Shown here: piece after piece, positions 37,401-49,400 of the stretch
Position numbering within the stretch: position 1 is the first letter of the stretch
How the letters are laid out: every line of letters starts with the position of its first letter
DNA from: Lama glama
Lineage: Eukaryota
Length of the DNA: 64,000 nt
Assembly (NCBI GenBank): GCA_028534125.1
Contig: CM052837.1
Location: 36,456,001-36,520,000 of the forward strand
Direction: 5' to 3'
The notes under the pieces: model-generated
Databases searched by the model: none
Told to the model about the DNA's origin: nothing
The model's input: only the letters and a program-made list of their open reading frames with translations
Program-made: the position numbers and the translations under genes

Positions 37401-40400
37401 CCACAGTTGGCCCCCTGACCCTTTGTTAGCCTGAAGCTGCTGCAGTGACCCCATGAAGGGACAGTGGAGGGGCCGTGGACCCCTTACGGACTAGCCCTCA
37501 GGAGGCCAGGCTGCTAAGAGTCCAGGTGTGGGGTGGCTGGGGGTGGAAGGTCCCAGGACCCTGAGGCGCACCCATTCTGAGTCCTGCCCTTCCCGGAAGG
37601 CCTGGCGTTTGCAGGGAAGGGCCTTTCCCTGGGTGTGGGGGGCAGAGAAGGCCTATTCACCCACTGCCAGGCCTTGAGGTCATCTTCCACTTAGCCCTGC
37701 CTGGTCAGGGGCGGGGCTCGAGCCTCTGAGGGGATGGACCCTACACCCGACAGGCACCATGGCCAACCCTCAGGCATTCCAGGGAGCTCTGGGGACTTCG
37801 GATGCCCCGGTGCCAGGAGGGGTCTTCGTAAGGAAGGGGGGCATGGCGACGTGGGGGGCCTGGGTGTGCACTGGACTCGGGACACTGGCTGCTCTGGGGA
37901 GCGGCAGCATGGCCCCTACCAAAGGACCCCCAGAGATTAAAGGCTCCAGCCAAGCCCTCTGGGGCCCACCCCCGCCTTTCCCTGAGCGAGGCCACCAGGC
38001 CGCACCCTCAGCCGGTTGGCTCTAGCTGCCCCCGGGTCGGCGGGCCGGGTGCATTTTTCCCAGCTGAGAGCACTCGCACAAACGCTGACGCGGAGACGCG
38101 CTCAGGCAGGCCGGGGTGGCGCGGGGACCCTGGCCACGGCCGGCGTGCCGCGGTGCGCTCACGGACAGAGCCTGCTTTCTGTCCTCCTGTCCACCTGGTC
38201 GTCTGTCTGTCTGTCATGCAGGGGCCCCGGCCCCGGCTGGAGGGATGGGAAGGCATGTGCCCGGCTCTCCCCATCTGGCCCAGACCTGGTCCCAGCTCCC
38301 GGGGCCACACAGCCGCCCCAGGCATGACCCGGGAGCCGGCGGAGACCCCGGCCTCCCTGGGCGCAGCCCTCCCAGCAGCCCCGCCCGCTCAGCCCCGCTC
38401 AGCTGCCAACTCCGGCTGACCTTTCCCGCTGCTAGAGTGCTGTGCGAAAGGAAAAAAACGGCTTTTAAAGCAAAAGCCAAACAAAAGCCTCCTGAGTTAT
38501 TTTTAAAAATCGGGCTATTTCGGGGCAGGCACGTCTCCAGGACAGCAGCTGGACCCGCCTCTCAGCCATCACACCCCCAGGGCCCCCACACCCAGCCTGA
38601 CCTGGGAGGGCCAGGGCTCTCCAGGAGGGGACCTGTCCTGTGACCTGGGCCTGACAGTGGGGGATGGGGGGGACAAGAGCCTAGAAAGCAGGGTGGGCTC
38701 TGGGCTTCCGTGACTGTATAGCCTTGGGTGGGCACTGGGCAGGGGGACACACACAGCAGAAGTCAAAGTCCAGGGGTCAGGGCACAAGGCCTTTCAGAAT
38801 GGTGTGAAGGCTCTGAGGGCCTTGAAAGGGAAGAGGCCACCTGTCCCTGGAGGTGGGCAAGCAGAAGCCAGCAGCCACCTGCAGGGACGCCGTAGAAGGC
38901 CCCAGAGCCACACCACACCTGCTGCTGTCCGGAGGCAGAGGTGCGGGGAGGGGAGTGAACAGGGGCTGGTGCTGTGGTCAGAAAACAGAGGGGCCAGAGA
39001 GGAAACCGGTAATTCGGGCTCTGCCGGGTCCCCGCAGCCCCAGGGCCGGGGGTGCAGAAGGCGGGGGCTGCTGGGCAGCTGACCAGCAGCCCCCGGGCTC
39101 AGGCACTCACATCCCAGGGTAGGGCCCAGGCTGGAGCCCCCCCGGCAGCACAAGGCTGTTGGGGCCAGCACACCCTGCCTCTCCGGGCTGGGAAGCCCCA
39201 GGCAGGCCCTTGTGGCCCTGTCCTGGGGAAGGGGGGGCCCACCCCCACCCCCACCCCCACCCGCTGGGCCGGGCAGCATGAATCACCAGGCTATCTGTGA
39301 CTCAGCCCCGGCCCCACAGGAAGCAGGCCCTGTGCTGATTCCCGGGACGGGGCAGGGTCCCAGGCTGCGGCTGGTGGAGGCAGGAAGCCCCTCCCAGCCC
39401 AGGCGCTCCCCCCAGGGGAAGTCCTGGGGTACCCAGACCTCCCAATCCCCCTGGCCCAGACTGCTGGACCAGCCTTCAGGGCTCTGTGTGCTGAATCCAC
39501 CTGGACCACCCCCCTCAACCCTGGACTCCTGGGCTGGCCTTCAGGGCGCTGTGTGCTGGATCCAACTGGCCCAGCACCCCCAGGCTTGCCCCCTCCCCAG
39601 TGTGCCTGCCCTGGGGCAGAGACCCCACCTGGAAACCTCGATAAAGAGAAACGCCACAGGAGGGGGGCCGGCCAGGCATGTCTACTCGGGCCCCCAACAG
39701 GGCAAATCCACATGGCCATCCACACAACGGGACCAGGGAGCCAAAAACAGGCCCCATGTGGACACAGCTCCAGGAGTGCCAAAGCCATTGCTGGAAAGAA
39801 AAATAAACCATGGAAGTGCAGAGAGGGCAGCAGAGGACCCAGGCACCCTGGCTCTGCGGGGCGGGGTGCCCGAGGCACAGGTGTGTGGGGCAGAGTGGGG
39901 TGGGGGTGGAAGCGCTCCTGATGGGTGTGCAGAAGCTCACCAGCTGGAGTGAAGGGCAGATGCCCCGTGTGGCCCAGCACCTCAGTGGAGCTGGCCTGGG
40001 GGGATTCAGGGACCCCAAACACCGAGGGGCTGTCTTGGGCCCCCAGGCTTGAAGGTGGTTTTCCAGGCCCAGGCCCAGCCCAGAGCTCCTTGCTCCCACT
40101 CTGACCTCCCTGCAGCCGGCCCAGGTCAGGCCAGACGGGCAGCCCCAGGCCATGGGGAGTGGAGTTTTCCCCAGGGGAGCCCTGACCCCCAAACTGCTTA
40201 CTCTCCGCTGAGTGGCACTGCTTGAGGCCAACACCATAGGGTTGGTTTAAACACAGACAGAAAACAGAAGTGAGAGTTGGTGGGGGGCATCTGTGTGCCC
40301 AGACGAGTGGGGCCAGGATGGCCAGGTGAGTGTGGCAGCAGCAGGGTGTGCGGGGCCGGGGACAAATGGCCCTGTGTCCTCTGAGCAAAGCAGAGGCAGG

Positions 40401-43400
40401 GTGTCCAGACGCTCAGGAGGAGAGATGGGGCCTGTGCTGGCCTGAGGACCCACCCCGGGGATGCTATTCCAGCCCTCCACGCTATCCTCTCCCAGGGAGC
40501 CCAGCTCAAGGCCCACGTCCAGCCCAGCCCCCACACCTGTGCTGGCCGCTGGACTCTGTAACCAGAGCCCGGCCAGCCTCAGTCACACTTCCTGCCACTT
40601 CCCTTAAACAACCCCACTGACCCTCCTGGGGTGCTGGCCACATGGCCGAGCGCCCAGCAGGGCCCGGAGAGCCAGGCCAGTGGCCGCAACCTCTTAACCC
40701 AGCAGGCTGGCTGGCACGCGGAGACCCGGAGGCCTGCCCAGGGAGCCTCGAGCGGGCCAGCCTCAGAGGGCGTGCCGCCTGGAACTGGGGTGGGCAGCCT
40801 TACGGGGGCCCCTAACGGCCCCCGGAGCCAGTGCGTCTGGGGCCCTCGCCAAGGCACGAAGGCCCCGCTCAGGTGCTCTCGAGCCCACAGGCGGAGGAGA
40901 CCCAGGCGCAGATGGCCTTGCGGCGGCCCAGCCCAGCCTCTCCCCACGCTGGCGCTCAGTCTCCCCGAGTGCCTGGGGGAGCTCTCACCCTCCAAAAGCT
41001 TCACCACAGCTTTGCTGCTCAAACCCCCACCTGGTGGGGGGGACACAGGGCACCCTCCCTGCTGTCCCCCAGGAAGGGTACAGACCCCTCCACCTGGCAT
41101 TTCTAGTCCCCCAACCAACACTTTTGGCCTCACACCCAACCCCCCCAGCCTACACCCCACGGCCAGCCCAGCCCTGGCTCTGCACCTCTACCCTCACTGT
41201 ACCTCCCACCTGGTCTCCAGTCTGCTCCCTCCAGCCCTGGCCTCTCTAGGCTGGGACAAAGGGCCCACCTACCCCGCCTGCCACAGGGCACAAGGGGAGG
41301 ACACAGCTGGAGGGGATCAGCATTCCTCATCTGCAGGGAAGGGGTAGGGCTGCTGGGGAGAGCCCCTCCCCCATGGCCAGGCCACCAGAGGGGTGCCTGG
41401 AAGGGAGGCGGACACGCCACCAGAGCCAGTCCCAACTCAGCCTGCCCTGCTCCTGAAGACCACCTGGGCACCTGGTACAGGTGAGGCTCCAGAACGGGTA
41501 GCCTGAGGCCAGCAGGAGGCCCTGGAGGAGACAGGACATAAGCGGGGAGCCCCCAGTCCTGGGGCAGGCATTACTGGGACTCGGGAAAGCGTCTCCTCAG
41601 TCACCAGCCACGAAGCCTTCCCACCCTGGGGGCCGGCACCCCACAAGGCTCAGACCCACGGCTCAGCCTGAGAGGCCCCAGCTGAGGTCTGCGTGGCAAG
41701 CAGGGCAGGGAGCAAAGGCCGGGACCCCTCCACGCCTGCTCAGCCAGGACTTCACTCCTGGGACCTCGACTTCTCCATCTGCAAAGTAGGAGGAAGAGGG
41801 TCCGGGGGCCCCGACCTGACCCTGGGGTGGGGAAGGTCAGAGCAGGACAAGCTGCGGCCAGAGGACAGAGGGAGTGGTCTCCTGGGGCCCCACCACATGT
41901 GGGACCCCAGGCCTGGCCCCACCAGCCCCGCTCCAGCCCAGGTGTGAGGCGGAGCTGCGACACAGGCCCCTCGTGGTCCTCCCTGGGCAGGAAGTCCTCC
42001 TGATGCCAGGGCGCTGCCCCCTCCCCTTTCCTGGAGCATCCGTTCCAGATCCCAGAACAAAGGCCCTTGGCAGCCCGCCGCAGGGGGAGTGCCCAGCCCC
42101 ACTGCCTGCTCAGCCCAGCTTCCTGACAGAAGCCCCAGCCCCACCCCAGGACCTGTACCTCAAAGGACAGCAGAGCCCCAGAGCAAGGGAACCCCGGGCT
42201 GAGCTCACTTAGCCAAGTCCCTCCCCCTTGGCCTCTCTCCCCATGTGCACTAGAGAGGGCGCGCAGAGGGCCCTGCCTCACGGACGTTCTTGGTCTGACT
42301 GTGGGCCCCAGATGCTCCCATCACCAGACCTGGGGGGACTGGAGGGCGCAGACCTCAGGGTCAATGAGGGCCAGTAGGACCTGTCCCAGGCCCCGTCCTC
42401 CAAAACGCCTCCCCGCAGAGCTCCAGCGGGTGCCACCTCCATCCTCCCTTCGTGGGGCCTGGCTGCTGATGCAAGACCTGGTCTCTGCCCCCGACCCAGC
42501 AGGTGCACAGTGGCTCGGGGGAAGGCGCAGGGAGCTCCTTTTCGGACAGGGAAGGTGGCAAATGCAGGAATTTGCTCTGGCATTCCACGGTGGTTCAGAA
42601 CATGCCCAGGAAAGAGATTTCTCTCGCCCACGGAACTGGAAACTGAGTACTTGTGCCCCACCTAACTCTAAAGCACCCTGGAGGGCAGTCCCCTCCGACC
42701 AAGGCTGGCGGCTCCTTGGCCCATCCAAGATGGGGGCTCAGGTAGACCCCTCTGCAGTCAGTGAAAGGGGGAAGGAAGGGGGAGAGAAGAGGGAGGGAAA
42801 AGGAAAGGGTGGATGGATGGATGGATGTTAGATGGGTGGGCTGGTGGATGGCAAAAGGAAGGAGAGGTGGGGGCGGGAGAGGGGAAGGATGGCTAAGAGG
42901 GTCACGGGTCAACCTCCCCCAGCAGGGGTGGAAACGACCCCTTCCCAGTTTGTGTCACTTTGAGGCTGGGGACACTAGGTTTGGGAAGGCCGGGTGCACA
43001 CACAGTGGAACCCTCACCCGGGCCCGGGCCCGGGCCCAGTCCAGAAAGCACACGCCCGCCTGCCCCAGCATCTCCCGCCCATCTCACACATGTGGACACT
43101 GAGCCGGGTGGGTGGGTGCTGAGTGCCATCTGAGCGCCACACCTCGGGAGGGCACCGGCCCACCTGCTCTGGGCCACCCTTGGGTTGCCATGGAGACCAG
43201 GCCACTGCACCCTGCCCTAGCCTGGCTTGTCCACAAAGGGGGCAGAGAAGAACCCAGCAGCTCGGCACCAACTCCGTGACTGACCCCAGGGCGGGGCAGG
43301 CTCCACTTCCCTCCCTCCTCCCACGGGCACCCCTGTGGCAGTGCCAGAGAGAGGGGGACCCCGGAGGCACACAGGGCTGCTGAGTGCCCTCCCAGCTTCC

Positions 43401-46400
43401 AGGGGAGCATGGGGCAAAAGCCCAGCGAACAGAAGGGAAATGGGTCCAGCCCCATCCAGACCTGGGTCAGGCAGCACCAGCCCCGGCAACAGGCAGGGAG
43501 CCCCGAGATGGGCCACCCCTCCCGAGGGCCTCACAGCTAACCCAAGCAGTGGGCAAGACCCATCCCAACGCTATCCCCAGAACCTGCCTGCAGGGCCGCC
43601 CCTCCAGCCGGGCTCACGGCCGATGCTGCCCCACCTCTCCTGAATGTCCTCAGGCAGCGGTGGGATGGAGGCTCCACAAGGAGCAGAGACTCACAAGGTC
43701 ACACACCGGGGTGGCGGCAAAGCCCGCCTGGACTCAGGCCTCTGGAGGCCCGTGAACAGGGAAGGGGGTGGGGTGGGGTCTAGCAGGGTGGACCTTGTAG
43801 CCCTGGCTCCCAGGTAGGCCCAGAGCTGGCGGCTCCCAGGCTTGGCCTCACCTATCTGCCCCCATCCCCCTGCCCCTTCCAAGGAGGCAACAGCACTGCT
43901 GGCCCATTTCACAGGCCGGGATGCCAAAGCCAGCACCGAGCAACATCACTTGGGGGTGGGACTCAGCCTGTGTGAGTCGGACCCAGCCCAAGTCCACCAA
44001 GAGGGCTTGCTGGTCACTGGGAAACACTGGGCCCCACCCTCCTGCCTGCACAGGGGCTGGTGGAGGCGGGGCACACCCAACCCCGCGGTGGCCTCTGCGC
44101 AGCACCGGTATCCTAGGAATGTCCACCTCCGCAGGCCTCCTCCGCACTCCTGCAGCCCCTCCCACTCCCCCGCCAGAGCCTGTCCACGTCCACAGAGGAA
44201 TTCCTCAGAGTAAACACCAGGCGCTGGCTGAGGGCGCCAGGGCTCGGCATTTTGGCCCCATCTCCGTGCTGTCCCCTCGACGCCCCTCCCGCTAACTCTC
44301 CACATGATCTCGCTAAACCCCGTGTCCCACCCCCTCTCTCCCCGTGCACCACAGGATGCGGAAAAAACACAGTGCCCACTGCCACGCCTCTGTCCACGCC
44401 AGGCCCGCCGCCCGCCCGGGCCCGGCCTCCCGAGCTCACTCTGGGCAGGTGCCTCACCCTGCAGTCTGTCAGCTGGAGAAGCGGGGGTCGGGCTGCGCAG
44501 ACCAGAAAGGAACTGTACCTGGCCCAGGTCCAAGGTGACGTTGACTTCGTTGTACTCTAGGCCACGGGACAGCGGCGGACTCTGCCACCAGCGCTCCGTG
44601 CCATCAATGGCGTTGCTCGCGGGGTGCGCCCTGTTGCTGTTGGCAGCCGTGCAGATGTCACAGTACTGGCCCTGTGGGGGAGGGGCGGTGAGACGGCCAA
44701 GGAGCGCTGGGACCCCTCGCCCCTCCTGTCACCCTGCTACCGCATCACGCTGGCCCCACCCCCAGTCTGTGGCCCCTTGTCCGCCGTGCACTCATTCACT
44801 TGGCAAACAGACATGAGCGCCTACTGCGTTCTCAACCTGGGATACGGCTCATGGGAGAGGTGGTCACACCTGCTACAGCAGAGACAGGAGAGCAAGGAGG
44901 GAGAGGGGCACCGGCTTCAGGTGGGAAACTCACGCAGGGCTCTCCGAGGAGGGGGCACCTGAGGCCTGCACCACGAGGGGAGGAGGTGGGGCGGAGGGCA
45001 GCGCTCAGTGGCACAGCCTGTGCTTGGTGTGTGCACGAGGTCCCGGGTTCAACCCCCAGTGCCCGTTAAAGGGCGAGAGGGAGCCGACTGTGGAAAAAAA
45101 GGTGGGGGAGGGTGTGCTCCAGACAGAGGCACTGCCTGTGCAAAGGCCCTGGAGCAATTCGACTCAAGCAGTAAACAGCAAGGAGGCCAACGAAGATGGA
45201 GCTGAGAGGGCAATGGGCCAGTCACGGGCCAAGTCACACACGTCTCCCCCACCCCAGCACCACTGGCTACTGCAGGGGGCTTCAGAAGGGCTTGGCAGGA
45301 GGGGGCCAGGTGGGGAAGAAAGAGTGAGAGAGGTAGGGCTACAGCTAGAAGGCCCAGGCCCGACACGTGCCCCTCCCCACCCCCACCAGCCCGTGCCCCC
45401 CAGACCTCCCTGCCAGGCTCTCGCCAGAGCCATGTGGATTAGGATCTCCAGAGAGACGAAATCAAGCCATTCCTGTGGCCTGTGGGGACAGGCCCCCGAG
45501 TGGAGGCATGTGGGCAGCCGGCAGACAAGGCCTGGACCTCCTGGCTCTGCTGCTTCCGAGCCCTGGAACTGGGCCAAGTCACGGCAGCCACTGAGCCTCA
45601 GTGTCCCCATCTGAAGAGTGGGGGTAATGCTGGCACCTGCCTCGGCCGCCGGAGGATTAATGGACCCCACATGGGGCCAAGCAGCTGCTCTGTCATGGTC
45701 TAGCCACCTGCCGGGGCCCGTCCTCTGGGGGAACAGAGGCGGCTCCCAGCATCGTGGGTGCACTGTCTCTGTGGGGGAGGAGCAGGTGCTGGAAGCCTGG
45801 GCCGGGGGCAGGGGGCAGAGCTGAGCCTGGCTGCCAGCCCAGGGGAGGCCCCACACCCCACCCCAGAGGAAACCAGACCTGCTGGCCCTCCACACAAAGG
45901 CGGGCCTGGAGACTTGGCATTGATTGAGGCCCAGAGAGGCTGTGTCTGGGAAATGCGGCCGCCCCACCCCTCCCAGCCTCCCAGGGGGCCAGACCTCGTC
46001 CTAGAAGTTGGAGGTGGGAGCGTGGGAGATGCCTTGCCCCATCCCTGGGCTGGCAGCCACAGAGAGCCCCCAGCGTCCACAGACCCCCGGCAGGCCCCTG
46101 CCTCCCCAGACACATTGGCCCCAGGTTCCACTGAGCACCCAGGACAGCGAGATCAAAGGCAGCAGACCGGGCACCAAGCCTCCCACCCAGGTCCCCTTGT
46201 GCTGGGTGCTCTGGGTCACCCCACCCCTGACCCTGTTCCTGCCTGGGGCCTTGGCACCCTGATCTCACCTTCCATCTCAGCTCACATGTCACCTCCTCAG
46301 CAGGGCCCCAGAGCTCCAGACCACCCAAGGAGCTGGCCTGACAACCCCCAACGTCACCCTGCTCTATTTATTCTACCGCATGAGACACGGAGTTGCCTGG

Positions 46401-49400
46401 CGATTAGCGATACCCCCTTACAGCCCTCCGGGTGGGAGGGGGTGCGCACCTGCCTTCTTCTTAACTGCGCCCCTGAGGCCACCACCACCCAGAGATGGCA
46501 TACCGAGAGGCTGGGGTGATGGAGGGCACCCAGAAGAGTCGCATGATCTGTGTAGGCCATGTCCCCAAGCACAGTGACCCCAAACTGGAGCCCAGGTACT
46601 GGCTCCCAGACCTGTGGGGGATCCCAGAGGGCAAGCAGAGTGGGGGCTCAGAGGCACCCTGAAAGCACAGTGCACGTGGGTGCGGTGGCGTGGGACCCGC
46701 CAGGGCTGGGAGGCTTCCCGGAGGAGGTGAGTAGGGCCCTCTGGCTGGGCCTCCCAAAGAAGCTGCCTGTGGTCAAGGGTCAAGGGAGCCAAGAGAAGTT
46801 TCTGCTCAGGCCTCACCCAGAGAATCAGGGAGAGGTGACTCTATCCCCATGTGGCCACAGTGGGGCCACTCCGTGACACGGTCCCTGCTGACTGCTCGGC
46901 CTGACTTGGGCTTGCAGTGGATGGGGCTGGGGAAAGAGGGCTCCCTCCACCCCTCTGCTGCAGAGGGTCCTACCAGGAACAGAGCAAGGAAACAAGGAGC
47001 AGCGATAAGGGCTTCCCCTCCCAGTGAGTCACCACTCTGGGAGCCAAGCCCCCATCGTCCCCTGTGGGGCTGGGGCCAGCCCGGATTCCTCCGAGGCCCA
47101 CCTGAAGGCGCGGGGCTGGGTTCCCAAGTTGCCCCCTGCCTGCCCCAGTTGCCCACAGGACCGCCTTGCCCACAAGCCTAGCAGGACTCTCCCCAGGCCC
47201 TGGCTGGTATGCCCCCAGCCAGCTTCTGTCCCATTTCCCCCAGGAGGCCCGTGGGAGCAGCTGGCCTGCAGCCTTGGGGGCCAGGTCCTCCCTGCCCCAC
47301 CCATCAGGCTGGCACAGGACTGGGCTCTTGGAACTGAAAGGTGTGCATGGCCACTCAGCTCCAGACGGAGCCTGTGGACAAGGCCCTATCACCAACCCAA
47401 CAGAAGGCCAGGGCCGGGAGCAGACCCACTGCCTCCAGAGGACAGGGCAGAGGCTCCAGAGAGTCCGTGACTCCTCCAAGGTCTCACGGCTGTTCCGGTC
47501 CTGCCTGCTAACCGCCAGTCTTCCTGCCACAGGGGTGCTGATGGCTGAGTGCTGCAGGTTTTCAAAGGGAGGGCTTCAGCTCTAATTGGGCTGGGGGCTG
47601 GGAGCACTGGCCAGAAGTTCTCACCCAGGGCCGCTCCCTCGACTGCAACACCACACACAGCCGCCGCTATGTGGCAAGCGGTCATGACACCAGGCTTCCC
47701 AGGCTCCTCAGGCCAAGCGCACACCTTCAGGGGAGGCGGGCCCTCTGGCTGTGCCCGTTTTACAGACGAGGAGCCTGAGGCTCAGGGAGGGAAGTCGCAC
47801 AGCTAAGGAAAGGCAGAGGAGAGGGGCTTTGACCCTGAGCCAATAGCTCCCAAGCTGCTGCTCTAAGTACTATGAGGGGGCAATAAACGGTCTCTCTCTC
47901 AGAAATCCACACAGCTGCTCCTCCTCAAGGGCCTGGGCCAGGCAGCCCAGGGGGGCAATTAGGTGGTGGTTGGGAGCCTGGGTTGTTCGAGCTGCAGAAT
48001 CCCAGATGAGCATCTAGGAGGGGTGGTGGGGCCCAGCCAAGCCCTCTGGGCAGCTTTGGAGACCCCACAAGGCTCCTCCTCTTGACCTGGTCCCTCTGAT
48101 GTCACCCAGACACGTTAAGGGCCCGAGGTGGGGGCCCAGATTTCCCCCGCTCACTGCCCCCCCCCAGACCCTGGTCTGGCTTTGGGGCTTCACAGACCTC
48201 AGTTTCCCCAGCTGAAATGTGGGCTCGAGACCTCCTGCTCAGCTGTGCAGAGCTTAGAGGAGTGAGTGAGTCCAGGGAGGGGTGTCCAGGAGCCTGAGGG
48301 AGGCGCCCTTCTGTCCCTGGTGGCTCTGCGGCACCAAGGCTCCCTCCCACTCCTCACTGCCCTGGAGGGGCCGAGGGAAGTCGCAGGCGCAGCGAAGCTG
48401 CCCCAGCTGAGGCTCCCTCATTCATCACCCACCCCACCACTCCACTCTCCAACTACCCTCCTCCCCTCCCCCAGCCTCTCCTACTGGGAAGGTGGCAGTA
48501 AGTCCCCGGCGGCCGAGGCTCACGTTACACCAGCCTGGGGCCCCCAGACTGTCCCTAAGGTTTGGCAGGGGCGGGAACACGGGCCTCGGAAGCAGACCCT
48601 ATCCCGTGGAGGCTGACCTGTGGGGCAGAGGGGCTGTCCCTGATTGCAGCAGCATGCTCCCACCCCAGTTAAAACTCCCTCTTTGTGTTCCCCTCCCACC
48701 ATGAGGGTCCCACCAACTCCGGAGACCCCTGTGGAGAGGGCTTCTACCCTTTAGAGCAGGAGAGGAAGCCTCCTGTGCCTGGCCCTAAACACAGCCCCCA
48801 ACCCAGTCCCATCCCGACGCCAGCAGGTCCCAGCCTGTCCCAGGGGAAGGCGGAGCGGGTCCGCCCCCTCCCCACAGACGGCCGGCCGCAGAGGCCAAGT
48901 CCCGCCCTCGCCGGGATCCCGGGACCTGGCGCCGCCAGGGACGAGGCATCGGCCCCCCTCGGCCGAACTCGACCGGCGCCGGCCGCCCTCAGGTCCGCTG
49001 CGCTCCGCCTTCCCGGAGGGACGCGCACTTCTCTGGCTGAGCCTGAATGGCCGAGTTGGGGTCACTTCTGTCCCACGAAATGCGGAACCAGAGCCTCGGG
49101 ACGGTATGCGGGGGCTGCAGTCCGTACCTGGGCTCTCCGAGGCCCGCGGGGCTCCCGAAAGAGTTGGGCCGGAGCTCCGGAGTCCCAGTCCGAGGCGCCC
49201 CCGCGCCGGCGTCCCCAGCACCCCGCCCCGGCCCACCCCGCGGCGACCCTGCCGCGGCCCGCGCTCACCTGGATGGTCTGGTTGGGGTCCCCGCCGGCCA
49301 CCGGGCCCCCCACCAACTTGCAGTAGAGGTCCTCGGTGGGGCGCGGGGCGCCGCGCGCCGGGGCCTCCTCGCCGCANNNNNNNNNNNNNNNNNNNNNNNN

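Noticed and set aside
39291-40388. 365-aa ORF in intron 2, and similar ORFs such as 345 aa at 60059-61096
   Set aside because: Low-complexity GC-driven composition, no domain motifs, and no supporting exon structure.
43017-43037. Self-complementary (CCCGGG)n run
   Set aside because: Short microsatellite-like expansion in GC-rich DNA with no supporting context.
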